Shown piece by piece: positions 20,567 through 30,980 of a stretch of DNA of 64,000 nt. A program made the translations under genes and the position numbers. Origin of the DNA: Candidatus Saccharimonadia bacterium (lineage in GTDB: Bacteria; Patescibacteriota; Saccharimonadia; CAILAD01; BJGX01); assembly GCA_039738615.1 (NCBI GenBank), contig JBCLLP010000001.1:3573-67572 (forward strand). Reading direction: 5' to 3'. A model generated the notes under the pieces. That model worked only from the letters and a program-made list of their open reading frames with translations. It was not told where the DNA came from and did no database searches. Positions within the stretch are counted from its first letter, which is position 1; each line of letters begins with the position of its first letter.

Positions 20567-23424
20567 ACTAGCAACTTATCAAAATCCATCTTACTATCTC
20601 CGCCAGAGTCAAATTTCATACCCTTGATACCATCAACGGCCCTATTGATAAGCTCAATCGTCATGGCGTGGTCTAGCTTGGAGTTTTTGCCCACATACAG
20701 GTCTTGCACAAACTCTATACTGGTCGCCGTTACAGGACTTTGTTGTAATTTTTCCCACGATAGTGCATAGATTCCAAGCTGAATGCTATCTTTGGCCTTT
20801 TTATCTGCGGTTTTTTGGTCATTAACTCTAGAGGTCTTAAAGTCGCGAATCTCCAGGCCCTCGGTGGTATTAAGTATTATGTCATATCTACCAGAGATAA
20901 CTGTCTTTATTTTGGGCAATTGTAGCTCAAAAGGCTGCTCAATAGCAACTGGAGTTAGGTCATCGGCTTGGTGGCTTTTAATATAGCTTATGATTGCCTT
21001 TTTGCCTGTCTCAAATAGAGTTTGTTCGTGCTGCATAGACACAAACCCCTCACTCTTCCAGGCAGATTTATATACTTCCAGGACTTCCTTAGTAGCTATA
21101 GGTCGGGACTTTAGCCTAAACTTATAGTAGTGCTCCAGGGCTGCATGCACGCTGGTGCCATAGATTAGGCTATGAAATGGGCCCTTGGGAAGCTGTAATA
21201 CATGGAAAAGCCAAAATTCCTTTGGTGAGCGCAGATAGTCAGCAATTTGATTAGTAGTAAGATAAAGCCACTCCCCCCTGTAAAGCCTGTTTAAGATACT
21301 CTCTTTGGCAGGATTTAGTATCACTGGCTCAAATGAACCAATAAGCTCGGACATATCTCGCTGATCGCTAATTTGGATAGCACTTCTTTGCCAGTCATCA
21401 CCTAAACATTCAGCTATAAAGCGTGAGGGTTTCTTAGGTTTTTTACCTCCATGGTCAAGTGCTAGGCTAAGATTAACCCCCTGTCTAGCTCTGGTAAGGC
21501 CCACATAGAATAGCCTTCTTTCTTCCTGATAATGATCGCCAGATTTAGGCTCCATAACATCTGCTGGAAACTTCACAGGCTCACTCTGGCGATAGGTGGG
21601 GAAGGTTTGCTCGGTTAGCTCTGGCATAAAAACATAATCAAACTCCAGGCCCTTAGCCTTATGAATGGTCATTATTTGGAGCCCGTCTGTATCTAGAGGT
21701 GATATATCACTCATAACATCGGCTGAGGACTGCTTAATCTCGTCTAGGTACTTACAAAGCTCAACTAGGCTAGTGTTGGCAGATACTAGCTCAAATTGCT
21801 TCACTAACTTAAAAAAGTCGGTCATATATTGGATATTTGTGACTGATTCTATAGATGTTTCAGCGTCTCGTAAGATGGCCTTAAGGTAGCCATTAGACTT
21901 AATGGCCATAAATAGCACTTCACCGGCGCTATATTCTGCTATTAGCTCTCGCCACTCGATTATGCTAGATAAAACCTCTTCTATCCACTCGTTAGGCTCA
22001 GCCTCACCTAAAATATCATACAAAAGCTTATTTTGCCGTCTGGCCAGTGATGACATATGTATTATTTGATGTTTATCGGCAGACTTAAAAAACCCACTAA
22101 TCAAAAGCTGAAAAAATGCTGCCGAATCGTATGGATCACAAATAGAATTAGCTAGGGCAACTAGTATTTTTACGCTTTGCTGATCAAAAAGCTCTACATC
22201 CTGATGGACATAATAGTTAATCTTTTTCTTCTGCAAAGCTAGTATATATGCTTTAATTTGGTTATTCTTACGTAATAATATTGCAATATTTTTTTGCTCT
22301 ACGCCATCATTAATTAATTCCTGAACTTTTTGAACAACACCATCTGCCTCGTCTAGCTTATTGGCATACTGAGCTACCCCAACTTTAGCGTTGGGGTATT
22401 TTTCGGCCACTAGCTGTTTATTGATATCCTCTGCCACCTCAAGCCTGTCAGGATTGTTGTTCTGGATTAGCCGATAGCCTGCATCAAGAATCTTCTGGCC
22501 ACTTCTAAAATTATTATTAAGCACCACCAGCTTTCTTTTAGTAAACCTGTCTCTAAAGTTTAGGATATTACGCACTGAAGCACCCCTAAAACTATAAATA
22601 GCCTGATCATCATCACCTACGACCATAATATTATTGGAGGTAGCTAGCATTTCAGCCATTATGTCCATTTGGACGGTGTTAGTATCCTGAAATTCATCTA
22701 CCAATAGGTACTTATAGCGCTCCATTAGTTCTTTTTTGACTAATTTACGTGATTTTAATAAATGTTGTAATTTTATCAATAAATCACCGAAGTCTAAACT
22801 GTTTTTAGCTTCACAAAGCTCTGAATATTTACTATATATCTTAGCCAAATCAGCCATTGACTCGTTTTGGTCAGTTCCATTACTACTGGCATGCTTACGA
22901 GCCAATTTCCCAAACATTTGGGCGTTGATTCCTTCGTCTTTAAGGCGCGATATGGCACCTTTAACTTGAGATATAAAGGCAAAGGGGTGATGCTGGGGGC
23001 TAAAATAGTTAAAATTGACTCTAGATAGGACTTCTTGGAATATAATGGTCTGCTGAACATCATTAAGTATCTGGAACTCAGGGCTCACGCCAGCATCAAG
23101 GGCAAATTCGCGCATTATTCTCTCTGCTAGGGCGTGGAAGGTCATTATTTGGGTATCTACATATCCATACGGCAAAAGTTCATCGACTCGTTGTTGCATT
23201 TCATTGGCGGCTTTCTCGGTAAAAGTAAGTGCCAGAACCTCTTGTGGCTTAGCCATGTTGCCCAATATCAACCTAGCTATGCGCTGGGTTATGACAGCCG
23301 TCTTGCCTGTACCAGCCCCGGCCACAACAAGTATAGGGCCGCCATTATGCCCTATTGCTTCTAGCTGAGCAGGAGTGTACTTATTACTATCTAGCCGCCT
23401 ATGAGGTTTTGTTAGTTTTGCCAT
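20563..23424 (-). CDS. UvrD/PcrA-type SF1 helicase fused to a C-terminal PD-(D/E)XK nuclease
   Basis: AGAGTGKT, LVDEFQD, VGDDDQAIYSFRGA, TIHKAKGLEF and EERRLFYVGLTRA; nuclease motif GRYD...IRDFKT. Confidence 0.92.
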   Translation of the reverse strand: MAKLTKPHRRLDSNKYTPAQLEAIGHNGGPILVVAGAGTGKTAVITQRIARLILGNMAKPQEVLALTFTEKAANEMQQRVDELLPYGYVDTQIMTFHALAERIMREFALDAGVSPEFQILNDVQQTIIFQEVLSRVNFNYFSPQHHPFAFISQVKGAISRLKDEGINAQMFGKLARKHASSNGTDQNESMADLAKIYSKYSELCEAKNSLDFGDLLIKLQHLLKSRKLVKKELMERYKYLLVDEFQDTNTVQMDIMAEMLATSNNIMVVGDDDQAIYSFRGASVRNILNFRDRFTKRKLVVLNNNFRSGQKILDAGYRLIQNNNPDRLEVAEDINKQLVAEKYPNAKVGVAQYANKLDEADGVVQKVQELINDGVEQKNIAILLRKNNQIKAYILALQKKKINYYVHQDVELFDQQSVKILVALANSICDPYDSAAFFQLLISGFFKSADKHQIIHMSSLARRQNKLLYDILGEAEPNEWIEEVLSSIIEWRELIAEYSAGEVLFMAIKSNGYLKAILRDAETSIESVTNIQYMTDFFKLVKQFELVSANTSLVELCKYLDEIKQSSADVMSDISPLDTDGLQIMTIHKAKGLEFDYVFMPELTEQTFPTYRQSEPVKFPADVMEPKSGDHYQEERRLFYVGLTRARQGVNLSLALDHGGKKPKKPSRFIAECLGDDWQRSAIQISDQRDMSELIGSFEPVILNPAKESILNRLYRGEWLYLTTNQIADYLRSPKEFWLFHVLQLPKGPFHSLIYGTSVHAALEHYYKFRLKSRPIATKEVLEVYKSAWKSEGFVSMQHEQTLFETGKKAIISYIKSHQADDLTPVAIEQPFELQLPKIKTVISGRYDIILNTTEGLEIRDFKTSRVNDQKTADKKAKDSIQLGIYALSWEKLQQSPVTATSIEFVQDLYVGKNSKLDHAMTIELINRAVDGIKGMKFDSGGDSKMDFDKLLV

Positions 23425-23481
23425 TGTATATATGATACCTTATCACTACTAAATGCTATAATAAGACAATAAGGAAACATT

Positions 23482-25455
23482 ATGGAATCTGTATATTTTT
23501 CTACTAGGCATATACAAATCAATCATCAAGGCAAGGAACCTAATAATTTAGTAGGCGAATCATTCGCAATGGGTTTTGAGCCTGGTCCTAACTCAAGCAG
23601 TAAATACGGTAATCTTTACCTTACATTTGAGTATAATCTAGATGACAAGCGTATTAATATTGACAAAATAATCAAGGGTTGTGGCAGGGCTTTTTATGAG
23701 AGTGGCCCAGATGTTAGTCTTGAAAAACGCTTTAGATTATGCCTCAGGGCGCTCAATGAACTCATTAGCCAGTCCAAAGGCTCCTACAATATTGCCATCA
23801 TCGCTACGGTTGGTGACGATATCTTGTTTGCTAACACTGGCAAGCTTATGATGCTGTTAATACGCAACCATACAGCAACGGATATCTCATCTGATAAGCC
23901 CGAAAGACTCTTTAGCCAAATTAGCGAGGGTAAAATTCACAATAAGGACCGCATCATTATGGCCAGTAGTGTGATCGCTCGCAGTAGCAGCAAACAGCTT
24001 ACTGATGTAGCTAGCAAACTAAAGCTAGAAGACCTAAAGTTGAAGCTGGCAGATGAACTCCAGCTTAATGCAGAGCTAAGCTACAGCCTAATAGCTATTG
24101 AGGCCAGCAAATCCACCGATACAAGTGTGCCAGCAAATACCACCGAAACACAATCTAGCTCAAAGGTTAAAGCCATACTAGGTAGCTCACTAGCTACTAT
24201 CCATACAGCTCTTAAAAAAGGCCAGTCGGCTGCCAGGCATACGGCTCATAAATCTGCCACTGCCACCAAGTCCAAAATTATGCCTGCCATTGCCGATAAT
24301 TCCCGCAAGGGCTGGACTAAATTCTGGACTAAATATATTAACCCCAAGCCTAAAAAGGCAATTATCGTTGTTATAATAACTATAATAATCATAACAGGAG
24401 TAATATGGGCTGGAGTGACCACAATATCGTCTAATAACAGTGAATCTAGCCTGCTAGCCAAGGCCTCTAGCCAGGTTGATTCAGCTGAGTCAGATATTAA
24501 TAGCGGGAACAAGGATTCTGCCCAAGACCATATTAATAACGCCAAGCAAATACTCTCCCAGATAAATACCACTGCCCGCCAGAAGCTCAACGACCTAGCC
24601 CGCACCAAGCCTAGCCAGCAAGGCTATGATGCTCTTGGACTTAAAATACAACACCTCGAGGATAAGTTAGAGGTAGTAGAGCGAATACCGACTAGCTCTG
24701 GATTTAGCATCAGCCAGGCCAGCCTTAGTTCGCTAGTATGGTCAGCCAATAAACTCTACGGTCTAGACGCTTCAGGAGGCTCTATCATAGAAGTAAACCC
24801 GCTATTTGGATTACCCTCCACTAAAGCCACAAACGCCGACCTTATAGGCTCTAAGTCAGCTGATAGTATGAATGATATAGGCCTGGTCCTGCTAGGCAAG
24901 ACGGGGCTCTGGCAATTCACTCCAGCCGACGGTCTGATACAGCTCAAAACACCCGCTTTACCTAATGCCGTCAGGGTGGTGAGCTATATCAATAATATTT
25001 ACCTGCTAAGCCCTGAAGATAATCAAATAATCCGCTACTTCAAATCTGGCACCACATTAAGCTCCAAGACCAATCTACTCAAGAGCCTTTCCCCGGACGA
25101 GCTAAAAGGTGGCAACTCAATGGTGGTAGAAGGCAATATATTTATCTCAAAAGGCAATACCATACTCCTATTCGAGCAAGGGCAGGAGCGTAATTATAAG
25201 GTGACTAACCTGCCCAAGGGCTTTGGCGATATTGGCACACTCTACTACAATGCTAGTGCTGGCTACTTTTTGGCGCTCAATAAGGGCAACAACAGGGTTG
25301 CCCTACTCTCTACTGAGGCTGATTCGGCAAGCTATGTACGGAGTTATGCTCTAGATAATAACGCATCTATTTATTCGTTTACTTTAGAGCCTAAAAACTC
25401 TCAGTTATTTATAAATACTGATTATAAAATTATTACCTATAAGATAGTAAAATAG
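23482..25455 (+). CDS. Bitopic membrane protein: PP2C-like N-terminal fold, TM helix, helical linker, beta-propeller-like C-terminus
   Basis: 657-aa ORF with one strong TM helix (AIIVVIITIIIITGVIWAGV); beta-strand repeats (NNIYLLSP, NIFIS, YFLALN) at the C-terminus. Confidence 0.7.
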   Translation: MESVYFSTRHIQINHQGKEPNNLVGESFAMGFEPGPNSSSKYGNLYLTFEYNLDDKRINIDKIIKGCGRAFYESGPDVSLEKRFRLCLRALNELISQSKGSYNIAIIATVGDDILFANTGKLMMLLIRNHTATDISSDKPERLFSQISEGKIHNKDRIIMASSVIARSSSKQLTDVASKLKLEDLKLKLADELQLNAELSYSLIAIEASKSTDTSVPANTTETQSSSKVKAILGSSLATIHTALKKGQSAARHTAHKSATATKSKIMPAIADNSRKGWTKFWTKYINPKPKKAIIVVIITIIIITGVIWAGVTTISSNNSESSLLAKASSQVDSAESDINSGNKDSAQDHINNAKQILSQINTTARQKLNDLARTKPSQQGYDALGLKIQHLEDKLEVVERIPTSSGFSISQASLSSLVWSANKLYGLDASGGSIIEVNPLFGLPSTKATNADLIGSKSADSMNDIGLVLLGKTGLWQFTPADGLIQLKTPALPNAVRVVSYINNIYLLSPEDNQIIRYFKSGTTLSSKTNLLKSLSPDELKGGNSMVVEGNIFISKGNTILLFEQGQERNYKVTNLPKGFGDIGTLYYNASAGYFLALNKGNNRVALLSTEADSASYVRSYALDNNASIYSFTLEPKNSQLFINTDYKIITYKIVK

Positions 25456-25467
25456 TTGCTCTTTTTA

Positions 25468-27081
25468 CTACATCTTAGATTGTAGAGTGATGCCTAAAAT
25501 ATGAAATACCGATTGGTATGCTAGCTTGAATTGAGCAATTACCATGAGCTTTTGGGAGCTATCAGGTGAGCTTAGTATTCTTTCTTGCTCGTAGTACTCA
25601 TGAAAGGCCCTGGCTACCTCTGTAACCTGATAGAGCAAATGATGCACTTTTTGGCTGGCTGTAATATCTGTCAGGATTGTAGGTATTTTGGATAGCTCTA
25701 GGGCTAATTTTAGCTCCGGCTTGGTTAGCTTATAGCCATCTAATGATGTTGCCACTGGTAATCCTTCCTCTGAGGCCTTGACTTGTATGGAGCAGGCTCT
25801 GGCATAGGCGTAGAGCGCATAATACACTGGGTTTTTTGAGGAATGTTCTGTAACTAGATTAATATCAAAGTCCATATGAGTATTGGTATCGCGCATAGCA
25901 AAATAAAACCTCGCTGCCTCGGTTGGTACGGAGTCCAGGAAGTCGTCAAGCAATACGTAATTCCCCTTTCGCTTGCTCATTTTAAACTCTTTGCCGCCTT
26001 TGATAAGCCTTATGGTTTGAGTTGATAGCTCCTTGAAGCTAGTATGGCCCAGTGCACGAAGTGTATTTATTAGTCTTATGGCCTGACCGTGATGATCGGG
26101 TCCAACAATAGTAATAGTCTGGTCAAATCCCCTCTCTTCTAGCCTTTCTAGCTGGTAGGCGATGTCCTTTAAGAAGTAGGTATACTCATTATCGTATGAC
26201 CTTACCAGCACTTCATCTTGATTCAGGCCAACCCTGCCACCATCTAGCCATAATGCGCCTTCCTTGGCCTTACTTAAGCCTGCCTCATCAAGTCTTTTGA
26301 GGGTTTTGGGAATGTCTGGCTGTGACTCGGAGTACATTGAATCAAATTTAACCCCTAATCTATCTAGGTCTGGCAGGATATATTTGGTTAGTACTAGCTT
26401 GGCTGCCTTTTGGCCAATTAGTATTGGTTTGGCACTCGTTACCAGACTAACACTACCATATTCTGTTGTAATTAACACAGCTATATTGTCAATATACTCA
26501 CCTCTATAAAGGTTCTGAGATAGCTCGCCGTCAAATTTTACACCAAGCGACTGCTGGACTGCTTGGCCAAGGGCAACTATTTGATTCCCCCCATCATTAA
26601 GGTAGTATTCCCTAGCTACCTTATAGCCCTGAGAGGCATATACATTAGCCAATATATCTCCATAATAGCCCTGCCAGGCATTTGTAACTACCAAGGGGCC
26701 AGTAGGATTTCCAGATATAAACTCAATTTGAATGGATTTACCCTTACCAAGCTTGGATTGTCCGAATTGCTGGCTAATGGCTAACAAATACTCACTCCAC
26801 ACCTGGCTAGCAAGCGTAATATTGATAAATCCTGGCTCCAAAAACTCTGACTTTTCAATGACTTTATTACCCTTGAGCTCCTTTAATACCTTCTCGGCCA
26901 CCTCGGAAGGCTTGATTCCTTCGATCTTTGATAGCTTAAAGGCGATATTGGTGCTGTAATCACCAAACTGATAATCACAGTTGCTAATACTTTGAGCTAT
27001 ATCAGATTCACTGAGTGATTTGAAGCTTGCCGACAATGCCTCCACCAAGGCTTTTGCAAAAATATCTCTAGGATAGTTCAT
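25468..27081 (-). CDS. argS: Arginyl-tRNA synthetase
   Basis: FGDYSTN, IEFISGNPTGPL, REYYLNDGGNQ, KMSKRKG and NPVYYALYAYARA. Confidence 0.95.
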   Translation of the reverse strand: MNYPRDIFAKALVEALSASFKSLSESDIAQSISNCDYQFGDYSTNIAFKLSKIEGIKPSEVAEKVLKELKGNKVIEKSEFLEPGFINITLASQVWSEYLLAISQQFGQSKLGKGKSIQIEFISGNPTGPLVVTNAWQGYYGDILANVYASQGYKVAREYYLNDGGNQIVALGQAVQQSLGVKFDGELSQNLYRGEYIDNIAVLITTEYGSVSLVTSAKPILIGQKAAKLVLTKYILPDLDRLGVKFDSMYSESQPDIPKTLKRLDEAGLSKAKEGALWLDGGRVGLNQDEVLVRSYDNEYTYFLKDIAYQLERLEERGFDQTITIVGPDHHGQAIRLINTLRALGHTSFKELSTQTIRLIKGGKEFKMSKRKGNYVLLDDFLDSVPTEAARFYFAMRDTNTHMDFDINLVTEHSSKNPVYYALYAYARACSIQVKASEEGLPVATSLDGYKLTKPELKLALELSKIPTILTDITASQKVHHLLYQVTEVARAFHEYYEQERILSSPDSSQKLMVIAQFKLAYQSVFHILGITLQSKM

Positions 27082-27132
27082 AATGCTTGCTATTATATCC
27101 TACTTAAGGCCTGTTTAAGCTATAATAGGGCT

Positions 27133-27576
27133 ATGAAGATACTAGCAACTAACCGCAGAGCCAGACACGATTATGAACTCAAAGATAGATTTGAGGCTGG
27201 CTTAGTGCTGTCAGGATCTGAGGTGAAGAGTGTCAAGGCTGGGCATATTGACTTAAAAGCAAGCTATATTAGCTTCAAATCTGGCGAGGCCTATCTGGTA
27301 AATGCCCATATTAGCCCCTATAAGCACTCCGCTAATAAGGATAGCTATGACCCCGTGGCAGACAGGAAGCTACTATTGCACAGGCGCGAAATTGAAAGAC
27401 TCATTGAGGACGCTCGCTCTGGGCACCTTAGCGTAGTTCCTACGGCGATTGGTATTGTTCGTAGTAGGGTGAAACTCGAAATAGCTCTTGCTCGGGGCAA
27501 GAAACTCCACGACAAACGCGAATCCAAGAAGCGTCAGACTATGCTCAAAGATGCTCGCCTAGACACCCCTAGATAA
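27133..27576 (+). CDS. smpB: SsrA-binding protein
   Basis: NRRARHDY, EAGLVLSGSEVKS, RKLLLHRREI and GKKLHDKR. Confidence 0.97.
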   Translation: MKILATNRRARHDYELKDRFEAGLVLSGSEVKSVKAGHIDLKASYISFKSGEAYLVNAHISPYKHSANKDSYDPVADRKLLLHRREIERLIEDARSGHLSVVPTAIGIVRSRVKLEIALARGKKLHDKRESKKRQTMLKDARLDTPR

Positions 27577-27731
27577 AGCATCCATACATTAAAATAACTA
27601 CCTGCAACCTGCTAGAGCTACCTAACGAACACATATTTAATGTGCCATAGAACATACAAAATGTAGCCCAAGTTAGCTTACTTAAAGTTACTTGTCTTGC
27701 ATCATATCTCCAAACATCTTATGCTTAATAT

Positions 27732-28727
27732 ATGGAGCCATCCCTTTCCTCTATTGTTATACAGTTAATGGCAGACCCTAAGGGTCTGCTGGCAGCCGAT
27801 GAAAGCACCAAGTCGTGCTGTAAGCGCTTTGATGCACTCAATATTGACTGCACAGTTGAGTCTAGGCGCCTTTGGAGGCAATTATTGTGTATGTCGCCCA
27901 ATGTTAGCCATTATATATCCGGCGTTATTCTCTATGATGAGACCATTAGGCAGACTAGTGATGATGGGACAAGCTTTGGTAAGGCATTAACACAAAATGG
28001 CATATTACCAGGTATAAAAGTAGATAAAGGCCTAGTGCTAATGGACAATTTTGACCCAGAAACTATTACTGAAGGGCTCGATGGACTAGCCGAAAGGCTG
28101 GCCGAATACTATGCTATGGGGGCTCGCTTTACTAAATGGCGGAGTGCTTTTAGTATAAATGCTAATCTCCCCACCCTACCTGCTATTCGCGCTAACCTCT
28201 TAATTATGGCTCGCTATGCTAGCCTAGTGCAGTCCGCGAGGATGATACCGATTGTAGAGCCTGAAGTATTATACGAGGGCGACCACAGCATTATTGACTC
28301 TGCCCAAACCACCAGTACTGTTCTAAAGATTTTATTTGAGGAACTATCGGCTCTAAAGGTTAATTTATCAGGTTTGATACTAAAAACTAGTATGGTGCTA
28401 GCGGGTACTAAATCAAGCCAAAGCACCCCCACCGAAGTAGCTCATCACACCCTTCAGGTGCTAGGCCAAAGCGTCCCTAGTGCCGTAGGAGGCATAGTGT
28501 TCTTATCTGGTGGGCAGGCTCCCGAGCAAGCCAGTGCCAATCTAAATGCCATTGGCTTATCTGGCAAACAGCCCTGGCCCATTACCTACAGCTACTCTAG
28601 AGCCGTCCAGGATCCTGTTATCCGTATCTGGAAAGGCAAATCTATTAACACCAAAAAAGCTCAAGCTAAATTCACCCAACTCCTAGCGCAAAACAGTGCC
28701 GCCCGTAATGGTGAGTACATTAAATAA
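27732..28727 (+). CDS. Fructose-bisphosphate aldolase, class I
   Basis: KGLLAADES, GIKVDKG, ARFTKWR, PIVEPEV, FLSGGQ and YSYSRA. Confidence 0.95.
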   Translation: MEPSLSSIVIQLMADPKGLLAADESTKSCCKRFDALNIDCTVESRRLWRQLLCMSPNVSHYISGVILYDETIRQTSDDGTSFGKALTQNGILPGIKVDKGLVLMDNFDPETITEGLDGLAERLAEYYAMGARFTKWRSAFSINANLPTLPAIRANLLIMARYASLVQSARMIPIVEPEVLYEGDHSIIDSAQTTSTVLKILFEELSALKVNLSGLILKTSMVLAGTKSSQSTPTEVAHHTLQVLGQSVPSAVGGIVFLSGGQAPEQASANLNAIGLSGKQPWPITYSYSRAVQDPVIRIWKGKSINTKKAQAKFTQLLAQNSAARNGEYIK

Positions 28728-28801
28728 AAGATTGTAAAGAAAGTTAAAAAAACTTTTAAAAAGTTGTTGACAGCACCATACCGTAAGCGTTATTATAGTA
28801 T

Positions 28802-28947
28802 CAGTGCTGCACACATAAATTACTCAAAAACAAAAACAAAGTCTACCTAACAGGTTAGCGAGTGCCCAGGGCCTACGCTAGCCTGTTTCTTTTAGGGCGT
28901 TTTAAAAATACCTAGCCTCAATATTTTTCTGACTGGGTATTTTTTTA
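28802..28947 (+). ncRNA. Putative small RNA with its own promoter and two terminator-like hairpins
   Basis: TTGACA (28767-28772)-18nt-TATTAT; A-rich leader; hairpin aacaggttagcg/cgctagcctgtt; then aaaaatacctag/ctgggtattttttt; no ORF. Confidence 0.4.
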
Positions 28948-29076
28948 TTCAACACATAATTTGCTTAGCTTCTGGCAAGCACAGCTACTGGGATAGCTAA
29001 ATAGCAATACTGATAATTAAAAGCCCATCAAAAAAGACCTCCGTTTCGCCCTGCAGCGAATCACGAAAGTCCCTTT

Positions 29077-29467
29077 TGGTGGAGCTGGTGGGAATCGCAC
29101 CCACGTCCGCCAAACTATCTATATAATATCTACGAGTGTATTTGGCTTAAAATTGTTTGACAAGGTCCTGATAAATCAAAACCAACCAAAGCTATCAGGC
29201 ACTTACGAGCTATTACAGTCTTATCCAACACCTAGCAAGAAATGTTGTAGCAACCTAGTAAATGGCGCCGATATCTTTTTTACTAGATATCAAAAGATCG
29301 ACGGCTAATGACAATTAAGCAAAAGCTGGTGCGAATTTTGGTGCAAAAGCATTACTAATTCGCGATACAAACGATTTTGCATTTGTAGTTGTGAGAACAG
29401 CTAACGTGTATTCTCAACCCGACTCGCAATTATATTTCAAGATTCAACGTCGAAGCTTGTCAGCCCC
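29077..29467 (-). ncRNA. ssrA: tmRNA
   Basis: 5' GGGGCTGACAAGCTTCGAC and 3' GGACGTGGGTGCGATTCCCACCAGCTCCACCA; tag ORF at 29380-29315; smpB is nearby. Confidence 0.95.
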
Positions 29468-29511
29468 ATAACAAAAATTATACCATATTTACTTATATTA
29501 TGCTAGTGCTT

Positions 29512-30756
29512 TTAGATATCTACGAGCTGGTGCTTTTTAAGTGTCCTGAACTGATATAATCCAAAAACTCCTATCATAACTCCGGCAAATATCATCACTG
29601 ACCCTGGGCTTATAAGGTCAGCCGTTATGCCAGCTAGTAGCACAGGTAGTGAAGCAGCTAAATTCATCATCATATTGAGTGTGCCAAATATCTTCCCCCG
29701 CTCCTCATCAGAGGAATGTAGCTGAAGTAGTGTCTGAGCCGAGACTCCCACCAAGGCGTTGGCAAAGCCTAGCCCAAAAGCTAGTGCTACTACTATGTAG
29801 GTGTAGAAAGGCAGGCCACTCAAACTACCTACTAGCCCCATCCCCACAAGGGATGTGACTGACAAAATTATACCAGCATTAATAAGCTTGGCTTTATGGG
29901 TATTACGAAATACCTGCCCAACCAATATCGCACCCACCACCATACCAGCAGCGGCTGGCACTATCAGCTTATAGCTAACATTTGCTAGGCTCTGATGGTA
30001 GAGTACCACCGCTAACCCAGGGGCAACTACAGCTATAATACCGACCATCATCTGCCCAATAGCAAGATTGCCTATGGGGAATAGCAAGCCCGGAGTGCGC
30101 CATATTTTGTTAGTGGTTTGCCGAATAGTAATAAACACCTGATGATTGATACTAGCAAAATCCAAACCTTTCTGCATGGCACTAAGCCTTGGCAGACCAG
30201 AACTTAGTAGTGCCGATACAACAAACGCCAATGATGTCACCCAATATACCGAATTAGGCCCCCAAGTAGAAATAATTGGGCCAGCCAGGCTATAGCCCAT
30301 AATAAAAGAGCTATACAGCGTAAGTAAGAACAGCGAATTGGCTGCTACGAGCTCGGTTTTTTTGACAAGACGAGGCAATGCAGCCGCCTCGGCCGGAGTG
30401 AAGAACTGCGAAAATATTGAGATAGCAAAGACCGTAAGATAGACAAATATAAGATTGGTCTCAAACAATAAAAAGAATAACACCAGTACAGCCCTAACTA
30501 TATTAGTTACTACTAGTACCTTTTTGCGGTCTAGGTGATCCACATAAGCCCCAGCCAAAACCGCAAATATTATGGATGGTACTCCAAATGCCAGTATTAG
30601 CAAGCTAACTGCTATATTGGCATATTGGGTGGTGGCTGATAGCTCAAACACTCTAATAATCAAAGCAAAATTTAACAAATTGGCGGCTAGCTGTGAAAAC
30701 AGCTGGGCCAGCCAGATTTTTAAGAAATTACGATTGGTTAAAAGTGTCTTGTACAT
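29512..30756 (-). CDS. MFS transporter (DHA3 / MFS_3-like)
   Basis: About 12 TM helices; NRNFLKIWLAQ, AGAYVDHLDRKK and FFTPAEAAALP. Confidence 0.9.
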   Translation of the reverse strand: MYKTLLTNRNFLKIWLAQLFSQLAANLLNFALIIRVFELSATTQYANIAVSLLILAFGVPSIIFAVLAGAYVDHLDRKKVLVVTNIVRAVLVLFFLLFETNLIFVYLTVFAISIFSQFFTPAEAAALPRLVKKTELVAANSLFLLTLYSSFIMGYSLAGPIISTWGPNSVYWVTSLAFVVSALLSSGLPRLSAMQKGLDFASINHQVFITIRQTTNKIWRTPGLLFPIGNLAIGQMMVGIIAVVAPGLAVVLYHQSLANVSYKLIVPAAAGMVVGAILVGQVFRNTHKAKLINAGIILSVTSLVGMGLVGSLSGLPFYTYIVVALAFGLGFANALVGVSAQTLLQLHSSDEERGKIFGTLNMMMNLAASLPVLLAGITADLISPGSVMIFAGVMIGVFGLYQFRTLKKHQLVDI

Positions 30757-30980
30757 AAATAAAAGTATACTCCATATAATTCTACCACTATCATAGCAAA
30801 TTTATATCAACCTTCACTAGCTATCCAGCGGCTTATCATAACGGCACGGCCAACTTTTCAAAAGTATTCTAGTGGGATTAAATGGCCGCCGTTTTTATAT
30901 ATCTCAAAATAAAAAGTATATAGCGTTATGTAGTGCCTTATTGTGGAAATAATGTAATAATAGACTAAAGTAAGTTTGTT

